Positions 32,386 to 41,948 of a DNA stretch of 62,508 bases are shown here, in pieces (the stretch's first letter is position 1; each line of letters starts with the position of its first letter). Under the pieces are notes generated by a model, which saw nothing but the letters and a program-made list of their open reading frames with translations, made no database searches and was not told the DNA's origin. The position numbers were made by a program, and so were the translations under genes. The stretch is taken from assembly GCA_040080715.1 (NCBI GenBank), contig JBEBHV010000001.1, forward strand, positions 1-62,508, in the 5' to 3' direction. The DNA comes from Rickettsiales bacterium (GTDB lineage: Bacteria > Pseudomonadota > Alphaproteobacteria > Rickettsiales > SXRF01).

Positions 32386-33801
32386 ATGACCGTAAAGAAA
32401 ACCACTGTTGCCACGCCGAGCCTTGATTGGCTCGACATGCAGGACAATCTGGATCTTGTCGATACGCTCATGCAGGGCAATGATGCCCTGCGTGCGGCTG
32501 GAACACGGTATTTGCCACGCGAACCAAAAGAAAGCCAGCAAGCCTATCGCAACCGCTTGGCACGCTCGTTTCTCTACAATGCCTTTGCCGATACGATTCA
32601 GAAAATGGTGGGCAAACCGTTCTCTAAGCCTGTGGTGGTGAAGGAATCAACCCCAGAACTGATCGATGAATGGGCGGAAAACATCGATCTATGCGGTAGC
32701 AATATCACCACTTTTGCCCGCGAGGTGCTTGAAGCGGGATTACGCGATGGGCTTACTCATATTCTCGTGGATTATCCGCCCAACAAAACCGATGGCACGC
32801 TGGCCGATGAAAAAGCAGCCAAGTTGCGGCCTTACTGCGTGAACGTACTGGCGAAGAACCTCTTCGCATGGCGTGCGGAAACCGTTGCCGGTGTGAAGCA
32901 ACTCACCCAGATCCGCATCCGTGAAGCTGTCAGCATGCCTGACGGTGACTGGGGCGAGAAAATTGTGCAACGTATCCGCGTCATTACGCCTGATCGCTTT
33001 GAAGTCTATCAGCTTGAAAGTAAAGACAAGTGGGTGCTGGTCGATCAGGGCGATATCTCCCTCAAGCGTATTGCGTTGGTCACCTTCTACACGGGCAAGA
33101 CAGGCTTCATGACCGCCAAGCCACCGCTGCTGGATCTGGCGCATCTTAATATCCAGCACTGGCAATCTTCGTCGGATCAGGAGCACATTCTGCACTTTAT
33201 CCGCTTCCCGTTGCTTCACGGTGCTGGTTTTAACCAAGACCAGAAGGAAATCGAAGTCGGGCCGAACCGGATGATCATCTCCGATGATCCGCAAGCCAAG
33301 CTCACCTATGTCGAACATTCGGGCAAGGCGGTGGAAGCTGGCCGTCAGGCAATCAAAGACATCGAAGAGAAAATGGATTCGATGGGCGCGCAGCTCCTGC
33401 TCAAGCGGCCTGGTGCATCCACAGCAACCGCTGCTTCGCTGGACACTGCTCAGTCGCATTCATCCTTGCAGGACATGGTGCGCAAGCTCGAAAACGCGTT
33501 TGCAGAAGTCTTTACTCTCATGGCGCAATGGGCAAAGCTCACCGACACGGAGTTTGGCGGCATCGACATCAATCAGGATTTTGGGCTCTCGCTCATCTCA
33601 GGAAAAGATGAAGACACATTGCTGAAATCAAGGCTCTCAGGTGAACTATCTCGCGAAACGTACCTCACCGAAATGAAGCGGCGCGGTGTGCTCCGCGAAG
33701 AACTGGATGTTCAAGAAGAAATCGAACTCATTAACGCCGAGGGCGAAAGCTTTAATGATGTCCCGCAGGTAAGTGAGCCGAACGATGCCAACCGTCAATG
33801 A
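32386..33801 (+). CDS. portal protein (DUF4055-like N-terminus)
   Basis: 471 aa directly after terL; ...RYLPREPKESQQAYRNRLARSFLYNAF... Confidence 0.8.
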   Translation: MTVKKTTVATPSLDWLDMQDNLDLVDTLMQGNDALRAAGTRYLPREPKESQQAYRNRLARSFLYNAFADTIQKMVGKPFSKPVVVKESTPELIDEWAENIDLCGSNITTFAREVLEAGLRDGLTHILVDYPPNKTDGTLADEKAAKLRPYCVNVLAKNLFAWRAETVAGVKQLTQIRIREAVSMPDGDWGEKIVQRIRVITPDRFEVYQLESKDKWVLVDQGDISLKRIALVTFYTGKTGFMTAKPPLLDLAHLNIQHWQSSSDQEHILHFIRFPLLHGAGFNQDQKEIEVGPNRMIISDDPQAKLTYVEHSGKAVEAGRQAIKDIEEKMDSMGAQLLLKRPGASTATAASLDTAQSHSSLQDMVRKLENAFAEVFTLMAQWAKLTDTEFGGIDINQDFGLSLISGKDEDTLLKSRLSGELSRETYLTEMKRRGVLREELDVQEEIELINAEGESFNDVPQVSEPNDANRQ

Positions 33802-34843
33802 AACCCTGTTTGATGCTAGTGTTAAGCATCAGATTTACCTGCAACGCCTCTCAAGCAAGACAGTCCGTGAGATTCTGGAAACGCTGGTGCGCAGTGAACA
33901 GGATATTTTAAGCAAACTCGCCAATGCCGAAATTACCGATTTTTCGGAACGTCGCCTGAAGGCAATGCTTGCAGAAATTCGAGCCTTAACCAAAGAAGCC
34001 TATGCGGTTTTGTATGACCAGCTGGACGGAAAGCTCTCTGGCATCAGCCAGTATGAATCGGATTTTACGGCCAACCTGATCGAAAAGCTCATCCCCGTTG
34101 AAATCACACTGGTGCGGCCATCGGTTGAGATTCTGCGTGCGATTATCGAAACAAAGCCGCTTGCCGGCAGGTTTATCGCTGACGAAGTGAAAGACCTAAG
34201 CAGCGAAACGGTCAATCGTATTGAGCAGGCGCTGCGTATTGGCATGGTTGAAGGCGAAACCACTCCTGAGATTGTTCGCAGGATTCGCGGAACCAAAGCC
34301 TTGAACTATAAGGACGGTTTGCTGCAACGCTCCCGCGATGATGTCGAGCGTCTGGTGCGTACCTCTGTCACTCATGTTACGGCGCGCGCACGCGATGAGC
34401 TGTATCAGTCCAATGCCGATCTGGTAAAGGGCTGGCGCTTTGTAGCAACACTGGATTCTCGCACATCCAAGATTTGCATCTCGCTCGACGGCACTGCCCA
34501 TAACCTGAACACGGGGCCGATGCCGCCGCGTCATCCCAACTGCCGCTCCACAACATCGCCAATCCTAAAAAGCTGGCAGGAACTTGGCAGTGAGTTTGCG
34601 GAGTTGCCAGAAGCAACACGCGCATCGATGGATGGGCAAGTGCCTGAATCGCTGACCTATCAGCAATGGCTTAAAAAACAGCCGCGCGAATTCGTCGAAG
34701 ACGTGCTTGGCAAAACCAAGGCAAAACTCTTTCTCGACGGCAACCTTACCGTGGATAAGTTTTTTGACCTGAGCGGTCAGGAACTCACGCTCGACGCACT
34801 CAAAAAAACGGAGGCAAAACTGTTTGCAAAGTTGCAAATATAA
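33785..34843 (+). CDS. head morphogenesis protein (Mu F / SPP1 gp7 family)
   Basis: PPRHPNCRST motif; position directly after the portal gene. Confidence 0.8.
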   Translation: MPTVNETLFDASVKHQIYLQRLSSKTVREILETLVRSEQDILSKLANAEITDFSERRLKAMLAEIRALTKEAYAVLYDQLDGKLSGISQYESDFTANLIEKLIPVEITLVRPSVEILRAIIETKPLAGRFIADEVKDLSSETVNRIEQALRIGMVEGETTPEIVRRIRGTKALNYKDGLLQRSRDDVERLVRTSVTHVTARARDELYQSNADLVKGWRFVATLDSRTSKICISLDGTAHNLNTGPMPPRHPNCRSTTSPILKSWQELGSEFAELPEATRASMDGQVPESLTYQQWLKKQPREFVEDVLGKTKAKLFLDGNLTVDKFFDLSGQELTLDALKKTEAKLFAKLQI

Positions 34844-34865
34844 TCCCCGCTGATACAATGGCGGG

Positions 34866-35114
34866 ATGGATGTCATACAGCATAGATTTCATGTGATTGA
34901 AGGCGGGAAACAGGCAAAGCATGTTTCCAGCGAAGACGATGCTGCGAGCAGATTGGAATGCAAGGTTTGCGAGTTTCATGAAGGCGTATCCAGCACGGAA
35001 TTTTTAGCGGTACATCCAGCGGTATTTGTCAAAGGCAATAGCGTACATTCCATTATGACGCGGTATCTGTGCCTGTGCTGTCATTACAAGGGCAGGAAAA
35101 CATATCTAACGTAA
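34866..35114 (+). CDS. small Cys-rich (CxxC...CxCC) hypothetical protein; moron-like insert
   Basis: 82 aa; CKVC and CLCCH motifs; visibly lower GC than its neighbours. Hairpin CCCGC...GCGGG upstream and its own terminator downstream. Confidence 0.45.
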   Translation: MDVIQHRFHVIEGGKQAKHVSSEDDAASRLECKVCEFHEGVSSTEFLAVHPAVFVKGNSVHSIMTRYLCLCCHYKGRKTYLT

Positions 35115-35142
35115 TCTGAATTCTGCGATCAACGCAGATGCA

Positions 35143-35174
35143 AGCCGTTTTGAGGAAACTCAGGCGGCTTTTTT
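35143..35174 (+). terminator. rho-independent terminator after the Cys-rich gene (AGCCG...CGGCT plus T6)
   Basis: Read directly. Confidence 0.5.
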
Positions 35175-35248
35175 GTTGCGCGCATTCTGGCGTGAGGCTG
35201 GCTGCGTGCATGTTCAACTGGCGGGATGCCATAACCCAAGGAGACCCT

Positions 35249-36025
35249 ATGTCTGATCTTCCCACTATCATTGACGCTCTGGACGCTGTGCCGGAGGAAA
35301 GCCGCAAATTCTATAAGCAGGCGGAGGATGGAAAGTTTGCCATCAACCCTGCCGAGCTGCTGGCGGCACTGAACGCGAAAGACAAAGCCCTGAACAGCGA
35401 ACGTAAAATTCGCACCGACTTTGAAACCCGCTTCAATAAAACCGCCAAGGAGCTCGAATCGATTGACCGTGAAAAATACACCAAACTCATGGAAAAAGAA
35501 AAAGAATGGGAAACGGAAAAAGAGCAGCGCGAGCGCGAGACGTTGGAAGCCAAAGGTAAATATGAGGAAGCCCTGGAGCGCGCCAAAGCCAACTTCACCA
35601 AGGAATTGAGCGATCTCAAAACCGATTACGAAAAGAAGCTCAAGAAGAGTCAGGAAACGATTGAGCGCGTTGAAGGTGACAAGAAAAATTACATCCTCAA
35701 TGATACGGTACGCCGCGCAATCACTAAATCTGGCGTGTTTGCTGATGATGTCGAGGATGTGCTGACACTCACCCGCAATCGCTTTGCCCTTGATGATCAT
35801 CTCAACGTGATCGTGCGCGATGATTCCGGCAACCCCATTCCTGAACTGACCATCGACAGCTTCTTCTCCGATCAGTTCAAGAAGCAAAAACCTAAATTTT
35901 ATCAGGGCAGTAATGCTTCAGGCAGCGGCTCTCCTGCGGGGAACACAAAAACTACCAATGCGGGTTCCAAGGCCGAGCTGAACTCAGTCGATAAAATTGC
36001 CCAAGGGCTTGCGCAGCGCAAATAG
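35249..36025 (+). CDS. scaffolding protein
   Basis: Start MSDLPTII with RBS AAGGAGA. Highly charged Lys/Glu coiled-coil protein immediately upstream of the major capsid gene. Confidence 0.7.
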   Translation: MSDLPTIIDALDAVPEESRKFYKQAEDGKFAINPAELLAALNAKDKALNSERKIRTDFETRFNKTAKELESIDREKYTKLMEKEKEWETEKEQRERETLEAKGKYEEALERAKANFTKELSDLKTDYEKKLKKSQETIERVEGDKKNYILNDTVRRAITKSGVFADDVEDVLTLTRNRFALDDHLNVIVRDDSGNPIPELTIDSFFSDQFKKQKPKFYQGSNASGSGSPAGNTKTTNAGSKAELNSVDKIAQGLAQRK

Positions 36026-36053
36026 ACTGCACAGCCATACCACCAGTTTTAAT

Positions 36054-36083
36054 GCGTTCACCGTGAGGGTGACCGCCTTTTTT
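36054..36083 (+). terminator. hairpin plus T6 between the scaffold and capsid genes (GCGTTCACC-GTGAG-GGTGACCGC)
   Basis: Read directly; one mismatch in a 9-bp stem. Confidence 0.5.
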
Positions 36084-36215
36084 GTTGTCACGCACTTTCA
36101 CTTTCGGGAGAGCCGGTTGCGGAAGTTGGCAAGCAAAACCCACGTTTGAACAGCGGGGGATCCAACGTTCGAGCGTCATTGAAACCTTTTTTAATCTCAA
36201 TGATGGAGAACCATT

Positions 36216-37136
36216 ATGCCTTCTGTAACGCTCGCGGAGAGTGCCAAGCTCTCCCAAGACTTGCTGGTTTCGGGGGTGATTGAAAACGTCATCACCGTTA
36301 ACCAGTTCTATCAAGTGCTTCCTTTCCAGCCGATTGAAGGAAACGCGCTCGCTTATAACCGTGAAAACGCGTTAGGCGACGTGCAATTTGCTGGCGTGGG
36401 TAGCACCATTACCGCCAAAGCTCCTGCAACTTTCACGCAGGTGACTTCCAGCCTGACCACTATCGTCGGTGATGCCGAAGTGAACGGTCTTATCCAAGCC
36501 ACACGCTCTACGGTGCAGGATCAGAAAGCCACTCAGGTCGCCTCGAAAGCGAAGTCCGTTGGCCGACAGTACCAAAACACCATGATTAACGGTGATGGTA
36601 CGGCTAACAGCTTCAACGGCTTGCTGTCGCTGGTCGTGCCTGGTCAGGCCGTGACAGGCGCTGGTGCTAACGGCGATCCTTTATCCTTCCAGCTGCTCGA
36701 CGAATTGCTCGACAAGGTGGTGGATAAGGATGGTCAGGTGGACTACATGCTGATGCACTCTCGCACTATTCGTTCCTATCTCGCGCTTCTGCGTGCGTTA
36801 GGCGGTGCAAGTATCGGTGATGTCGTCACTCTGCCTAACGGTTCGCAGGTGCCTGCTTACCGTAACATCCCGATTTTCCGTAACGACTATTTCCCTGTTA
36901 ACCAAACCAAAGGCTCCACCACGACCTGTACGTCGGTGATTGCCGGTACGCTGGATGACGGCTCAATGATGCACGGTATTTCCGGTATCACTGCCGCCAA
37001 TGCCAATGGTTTGCAGATCGAGGAAGTGGGTATCTCGGAAACCAAGGATGAAACCATCACCCGTGTCAAATGGTACTGCGGCATGGCGCTATTCTCTGAA
37101 AAGGGCATCGGCGCGCTGACGGGCATTACCAACTAA
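36216..37136 (+). CDS. major capsid protein
   Basis: 306 aa. Supported by synteny (scaffold then capsid), a strong RBS GGAGAA and a strong terminator downstream. Confidence 0.8.
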   Translation: MPSVTLAESAKLSQDLLVSGVIENVITVNQFYQVLPFQPIEGNALAYNRENALGDVQFAGVGSTITAKAPATFTQVTSSLTTIVGDAEVNGLIQATRSTVQDQKATQVASKAKSVGRQYQNTMINGDGTANSFNGLLSLVVPGQAVTGAGANGDPLSFQLLDELLDKVVDKDGQVDYMLMHSRTIRSYLALLRALGGASIGDVVTLPNGSQVPAYRNIPIFRNDYFPVNQTKGSTTTCTSVIAGTLDDGSMMHGISGITAANANGLQIEEVGISETKDETITRVKWYCGMALFSEKGIGALTGITN

Positions 37137-37161
37137 CCACTACTTTCTACCCACGCAGCAG

Positions 37162-37194
37162 AGGGGAGTCCGTTTGGGCTCCCCTTTGTCTTTC
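37162..37194 (+). terminator. rho-independent terminator after the capsid gene (AGGGGAG...CTCCCCT plus T-rich tail)
   Basis: Read directly. Confidence 0.6.
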
Positions 37195-37219
37195 ACCCAT
37201 CAACTTTCGGAGAAATCTT

Positions 37220-37726
37220 ATGGAACGCACCGTTAAACTTACTACCTATGGACCTAACCACGGTCTTACTCTCGACATCGGCACCTATCATTTTGAAAAT
37301 GGTGTCTGCGAAATTCCTGAGAAGGACGCATCGGCTGCTGCCAGTATCCTGTGCCGTTATCACGATGTTTGCTTCGAGCATGAGCTGGAAGGCAAGCTCG
37401 CGGAATACAAAGCCATTGCTGACCAGAACGCTCAGGCGGCAACCAGCACACCCATTCCTGAACCTGCAACACCAGCTCCCGCAATCGAATCTACGGCTGC
37501 ACCGGAATCAACAGCAGAAGCTGCACCTGCCGCCAACCAAGATGAGCCTGAGCTTTTCTCAGCACCTGAGCCTGTACCAACACCTGAAGAGCAAGCGCCT
37601 GTTTCAGAGCCTGTAGCTGATCCTGCACCGCAAGCAGAGCCTGAAAAGGAGCCAGCCACGGATGCACCAGAACCAGCGGCACAGCCAAAGCCTCAAGGCA
37701 ATAAACGCCAGCAAAAACAATCCTAG
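37220..37726 (+). CDS. hypothetical protein with a Pro/Ala/Glu-rich low-complexity C-terminal half
   Basis: 168 aa; small N-terminal domain followed by PEPATPAPAIESTAAPESTAEAAPA... Confidence 0.5.
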   Translation: MERTVKLTTYGPNHGLTLDIGTYHFENGVCEIPEKDASAAASILCRYHDVCFEHELEGKLAEYKAIADQNAQAATSTPIPEPATPAPAIESTAAPESTAEAAPAANQDEPELFSAPEPVPTPEEQAPVSEPVADPAPQAEPEKEPATDAPEPAAQPKPQGNKRQQKQS

Positions 37727-37735
37727 GAGGCGCAC

Positions 37736-37942
37736 ATGCTGAATGGCTTCAAAACCGTCATCTTCAATCTGGTGGCGATATTCGCGGCGTGGATGTCCAC
37801 CCAGTTCGGAATCGATATTGACCCTGAACTGCAAATGGCCATCGCCGTGACCATCGTGGGCGTGGGCAACTTGATTCTGCGCGCCATCACTAAAAACCCC
37901 ATCTTCAATCTCGGAAAGGAAGAACCCGATGAAACACCTTAG
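37736..37942 (+). CDS. two-TM small membrane protein (class II holin-like)
   Basis: 68 aa; TM1 TVIFNLVAIFAAWM, TM2 MAIAVTIVGVGNLILRAI, charged C-terminus KEEPDETP. Confidence 0.5.
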   Translation: MLNGFKTVIFNLVAIFAAWMSTQFGIDIDPELQMAIAVTIVGVGNLILRAITKNPIFNLGKEEPDETP

Positions 37943-38282
37943 CCTTATCGCCCTGTGCTGCATGCTCATTGCCTGCACGACCTTACAGGGAAAAACCACG
38001 CTCCAACGCTTCTATGGCCTGGAGAGCGATTACCAGCGCGTGCTGATTACGGCCATTGCTTATAAGGATAGCTGCACGCCGCAGCCAGTGTCCAGCCCAT
38101 GCCATAAAGCCGTAAAAGCCATTCAGTCGGCGGTATCAAAAACGGATACCGCGCTGAATCTGGCGCGCACGGCGCGCGCACTCGCAAGCCCAGAAGCAGA
38201 CTTTGCCATCAAAGTGAATGCGGCAGCAGCTGCGCTTCAGGAAGCGGAACAACTCATCCTTACCTATACGGAGAAACGATAA
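37929..38282 (+). CDS. lipoprotein (lipobox LIAC)
   Basis: 117 aa; MKHLSLIALCCMLIAC signal and lipobox; overlaps the preceding membrane-protein gene by 14 nt. Confidence 0.55.
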   Translation: MKHLSLIALCCMLIACTTLQGKTTLQRFYGLESDYQRVLITAIAYKDSCTPQPVSSPCHKAVKAIQSAVSKTDTALNLARTARALASPEADFAIKVNAAAAALQEAEQLILTYTEKR

Positions 38283-38494
38283 TGGCCATGTCACCCCAGC
38301 AAACCCAATTCTTCCTCGAACTCCTGCGCGGCATCATTGCGCTGGTTCAAGTCAGCCCAAACCTGAAAGCCAATTACGCCAGCAGTGCGGAAAAAATGCA
38401 GCAATTCTTAAGCGAAGGCCGCGATCCCACTGAGGCGGAGTTTCAGGCCATTCGTGACCAGAACGAAGCACTCCTTGCCGAGCTGCTGCGTTAA
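38282..38494 (+). CDS. hypothetical protein (70 aa)
   Basis: ATG overlaps the previous stop (TAATG). Confidence 0.45.
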   Translation: MAMSPQQTQFFLELLRGIIALVQVSPNLKANYASSAEKMQQFLSEGRDPTEAEFQAIRDQNEALLAELLR

Positions 38495-38521
38495 TCATTC
38501 ACCAAGTTAAGGATTCACGTC

Positions 38522-39019
38522 ATGACGCTAGTCGTCGAAAACGGTACTGGCCTCGCAAATGCCAACGCCTATCTCACCTTAGCGGAGGCGGATGCGTATT
38601 TTCAGGCACGCAACAACACCGTATGGCAGCAGAAAACCAATCCCGAAAAGGAAGCTGCCATACTGTATGCCACGAGCTTTCTGGACAGTAACTTTTACTG
38701 GCTGGGACATATCAAGGTGTACAATCAGGCACTCGGCTGGCCGCGTATCCTTGTCTATGACAAGGATTACCGAAACATCGATTCGGATTCCGTGCCAAAA
38801 CGCGTGAAAGATGCAACCGCAGAGCTGGCGCTAGAGGCTACCCAAGCTCCGCTTTCTCCCTCACTCGCGCGTGGCGGAGGCGTGAAGCGCCAGAAGGTTG
38901 CCTCACTGGAAATCGAGTATTTCGATAACGCCAATCCGCAGCGCACCTATCCACTCGTCAGGCAGTTACTGAACGGCCTGTACAAAGATTCACCCACCGC
39001 AGAATTGTTTCGCGCATGA
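38522..39019 (+). CDS. head-tail adaptor (gp6-like / DnaT-like family)
   Basis: NANAYLTLAEADAYFQARN...KEAAILYATSFLDSNFYWLG pattern; position in the connector module. Confidence 0.6.
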   Translation: MTLVVENGTGLANANAYLTLAEADAYFQARNNTVWQQKTNPEKEAAILYATSFLDSNFYWLGHIKVYNQALGWPRILVYDKDYRNIDSDSVPKRVKDATAELALEATQAPLSPSLARGGGVKRQKVASLEIEYFDNANPQRTYPLVRQLLNGLYKDSPTAELFRA

Positions 39020-39375
39020 GCTTTACTCACGAATTTCAGTCTTTTGCGAAAGACAGCATTGAAACCTACGGCGCATCCGTCACCCTGCGCAAGCCCACCA
39101 TAGAGAGCTACGATACGGCTACAGGGCAAGTGACCAGCACCGTGAATGATTACCCCATCAAGGGCATTATTGAAGATTTCAGCGAGCATTTTATCGCGCG
39201 CGGGCTGGTGAAGGCAGGTGACCGCAAGGTAACGATTGCCGCTACTGCACTACTGGTTACACCCGAACAGGGCGACAAGCTGCTGATCGGCAGCGCAGCC
39301 TATGACATCGTGCATGTTAAAGCGGATTACGCCGGAGACAGCGCAGTCGTCTATGAGCTGCATGTTCGCGCATAA
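39016..39375 (+). CDS. head-tail joining protein (by position)
   Basis: 119 aa; 4-nt overlap with both neighbouring genes. Confidence 0.45.
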   Translation: MSFTHEFQSFAKDSIETYGASVTLRKPTIESYDTATGQVTSTVNDYPIKGIIEDFSEHFIARGLVKAGDRKVTIAATALLVTPEQGDKLLIGSAAYDIVHVKADYAGDSAVVYELHVRA

Positions 39376-39791
39376 TGCCTTCCAATATCAACGAATTTGA
39401 CCGTGACCTGCGGATTTTCTCTACCATCGTGGTGCCGCAGGATCATGCAAAGCTCACCCGCAAGCTCGCGCTGGAAGTGCTCCGGCGCGTGGTGATTCGT
39501 ACCCCCGTTGATACTGGCAGAGCGCGAAGCAACTGGCTGGTTGCCGTCAATAACGTGCCTGCTGGCACGATTGAGATTGATAAATTCACCAAGGATCAAG
39601 CCACGCAATATGCACTCTCAAACGGCATACCTGTCATTGAAGGCGCAGAGCCGTTCACCGCAATCTCTATCGCCAACAACCTGCCATATATCGGCGTGCT
39701 GGAATTCGGCTCCAGCAAACAAGCGCCGCAGGGGATGTTGCGCGTAACACTTTCAGAAATCCAAGCACAGTTCGGAGGCTCTGGGCTATGA
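39375..39791 (+). CDS. HK97 gp10-family tail-completion/neck protein
   Basis: RTPVDTGRARSNW and NNLPYIGVLEFGS motifs. Confidence 0.65.
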   Translation: MPSNINEFDRDLRIFSTIVVPQDHAKLTRKLALEVLRRVVIRTPVDTGRARSNWLVAVNNVPAGTIEIDKFTKDQATQYALSNGIPVIEGAEPFTAISIANNLPYIGVLEFGSSKQAPQGMLRVTLSEIQAQFGGSGL

Positions 39792-40192
39792 CCTATGATG
39801 CACAGCGCATTGCCATTCAGGAGCGTTTCAAGAATCAGTTTACGGCTCTTTATCCCTCAGTGCCGCTTGTATTTGATAATCTGAAAGCCGAGAAAGCGAC
39901 GGAAACGGGCTATCTTAAACTATCGATTCTTAACGGTGATGCAGCCCTCAAAGGCATCGGGCAAACCCGACTGTTTCGCTATGCAGGTGTCATCAGCGTC
40001 GATATTTACGTACCGCAGAAAACCGGCATCAAACAGGCTGATCTCTATGCTCAGGCCGTCGATGATATTTTTCGCGGTCAGGGCTTTAGCGGCATCGTGT
40101 GCAGGTATAGCGGCAGAAACGATATCGGGATCGAAGACAATTACTGGCGGGTGAACATCAGCGTCCCGTTCTACCGCGACCGCATTTCTTAA
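39788..40192 (+). CDS. tail terminator (DUF4128 / gpU-like)
   Basis: 134 aa; position immediately before the tail tube gene. Family assignment is from memory. Confidence 0.55.
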   Translation: MTYDAQRIAIQERFKNQFTALYPSVPLVFDNLKAEKATETGYLKLSILNGDAALKGIGQTRLFRYAGVISVDIYVPQKTGIKQADLYAQAVDDIFRGQGFSGIVCRYSGRNDIGIEDNYWRVNISVPFYRDRIS

Positions 40193-40214
40193 ACTCAATT
40201 TCTCAGTGCCATAC

Positions 40215-40246
40215 GCCAGATTCCGCCCTGCGGGTCTGGCTTTGTT
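40215..40246 (+). terminator. hairpin GCCAGA...TCTGGC plus T-rich tail before the tail tube gene
   Basis: Read directly. Confidence 0.4.
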
Positions 40247-40276
40247 CATTCCACTCAACCCCAAAGGAGAATCCCT

Positions 40277-41452
40277 ATGCCTTTTGCAGATACCGCGCGC
40301 GCGCAACTATTTTACCTCAAAGAAGTGACCTGGGGCGTAACCCCAGCCGCCGCTATGACAGCGGCTCGCTTTACGGGTGAAACCTTAAACCTTGGCATTG
40401 AAACTATTCAATCCAAAGAAATTCGCTCGGATCGGCAGATTACTGACCTGATTCAGACCGATGCCGAACCGGAAGGCGACGTAAATGTCGAGCTGTCTTA
40501 CGGTGCGTTTGATGATTTCTTTGAAGGCGCATTGTTCGATAGCTGGGCGACCGCCGTTAACTTGTCGGGTAGCACTTATGCCGCTGTTTCTGGTGCCCCT
40601 GACAGCTTCACCGATTCTGCTAACGGTTTTGTCACCGCAGGTATCAAAGCGGGACAATGGATTAAAACGGCGGGCTTCACCAATCCCAACAATAACGGCT
40701 TCTTTCAGGTGCTGACCGTTGCGGCTGGCACCATCACCGTGAAAGGCGAAACCAATCTGGTGAATGAAACCGCCGCTGCTGGCCGGAGCATTAAAGGCAC
40801 GACCATCCGTAACGGTACCACGCAAAAGAGCTTCTCGATTGAAACGCTGTTCTCGGATGTCACCAAGTACAAAAACTTCACGGGCATGCGCGTTTCCAAA
40901 ATGAGCTGGAAGCTATCGGTGGGCGATATCCTTACCGCCGTCTTCAATCTCATGGGCAAGGGTTCCGCTATCTCCAACACTTCCATTGGCACAGGTGGGC
41001 CGGTGGCGGCTCCCACCAATAACGTACTGAACGCGGTGAACAATGTCGCCTTCATCATGGAAGCTGGCAGTGCCTATGCGGGTAAGATTCAGGAGTTCAA
41101 TCTCGATATTGACAATAACCTGCGCGCGCAGAAAGCGGTCGGCACGCTGGGCAATGTCGGCATCGGGCTTGGCCGCGCGGTGGTGACAGGCAAGCTCAAT
41201 GCCTATTACGAAGGAACGGCGGGCAGCCTCTACAGCAAATATCTGGCCGGCACGGAAAGCTCACTTGCTTTACGCCTGACCGACAGTGCAGGCAATGCCT
41301 ACATCCTGACCATGCCGCGCATCAAATTCACTGAAGGCAATCTGGTGGCGGGCGAACCTGATGCCGACGTAATCGAAGAGCTTTCCTTCCAAGCGCTGCG
41401 GCATCCGACCTACGGATTTACCGTGCAAATTGACCGTTTCCCTAACCCATAA
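40277..41452 (+). CDS. major tail (tube) protein
   Basis: 391 aa; RBS AAGGAGA; position directly upstream of the frameshifting chaperone pair and the tape measure gene. Confidence 0.7.
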   Translation: MPFADTARAQLFYLKEVTWGVTPAAAMTAARFTGETLNLGIETIQSKEIRSDRQITDLIQTDAEPEGDVNVELSYGAFDDFFEGALFDSWATAVNLSGSTYAAVSGAPDSFTDSANGFVTAGIKAGQWIKTAGFTNPNNNGFFQVLTVAAGTITVKGETNLVNETAAAGRSIKGTTIRNGTTQKSFSIETLFSDVTKYKNFTGMRVSKMSWKLSVGDILTAVFNLMGKGSAISNTSIGTGGPVAAPTNNVLNAVNNVAFIMEAGSAYAGKIQEFNLDIDNNLRAQKAVGTLGNVGIGLGRAVVTGKLNAYYEGTAGSLYSKYLAGTESSLALRLTDSAGNAYILTMPRIKFTEGNLVAGEPDADVIEELSFQALRHPTYGFTVQIDRFPNP

Positions 41453-41480
41453 TCAATCATAACTTACAAGGAGTTTCCTC

Positions 41481-41948
41481 ATGTCTGACTTGCTCTCGCT
41501 TTATGCTACCGATGTCGAAAAAGAAAACCAGGGTGTCTGGACGGATGACCTCGGTGGCGGCTTGCGCCTTAAAGTAGCTCGGCTTCGCAATCCCAATTTC
41601 AAGCAGCTCTATGCCAAGCTCACCAAGCCTTATGAACGCCAGATCCGTGCACGCACGCTGGATGAGGCAACCGAGAACCGCATCCTTAATCAGTGCCTTT
41701 CCAAAACCGTGTTGCTTGACTGGGAAAACCTGACACTTGGCGGGCAAATCCTTGAGTATTCCATCGAGAATGCGCTTAAAGTGCTGAGTGACCCGCGTTT
41801 GCAGGACTTCCGCGATCTGGTGGTCGATCTTGCCAGCGATGCCCAGTTCTTCCGCGATGAATCGCTGGGGCAAGCGGAAAAAAACTTACCGAGTGGGTCA
41901 GATGGAGCGTCGAATGGGGCTCCCACATCGGGTTCCTTAGACGCATAG
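41481..41948 (+). CDS. tail assembly chaperone (G analog)
   Basis: 155 aa, located between the tube and tape measure genes; contains the slippery heptamer. Confidence 0.75.
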   Translation: MSDLLSLYATDVEKENQGVWTDDLGGGLRLKVARLRNPNFKQLYAKLTKPYERQIRARTLDEATENRILNQCLSKTVLLDWENLTLGGQILEYSIENALKVLSDPRLQDFRDLVVDLASDAQFFRDESLGQAEKNLPSGSDGASNGAPTSGSLDA

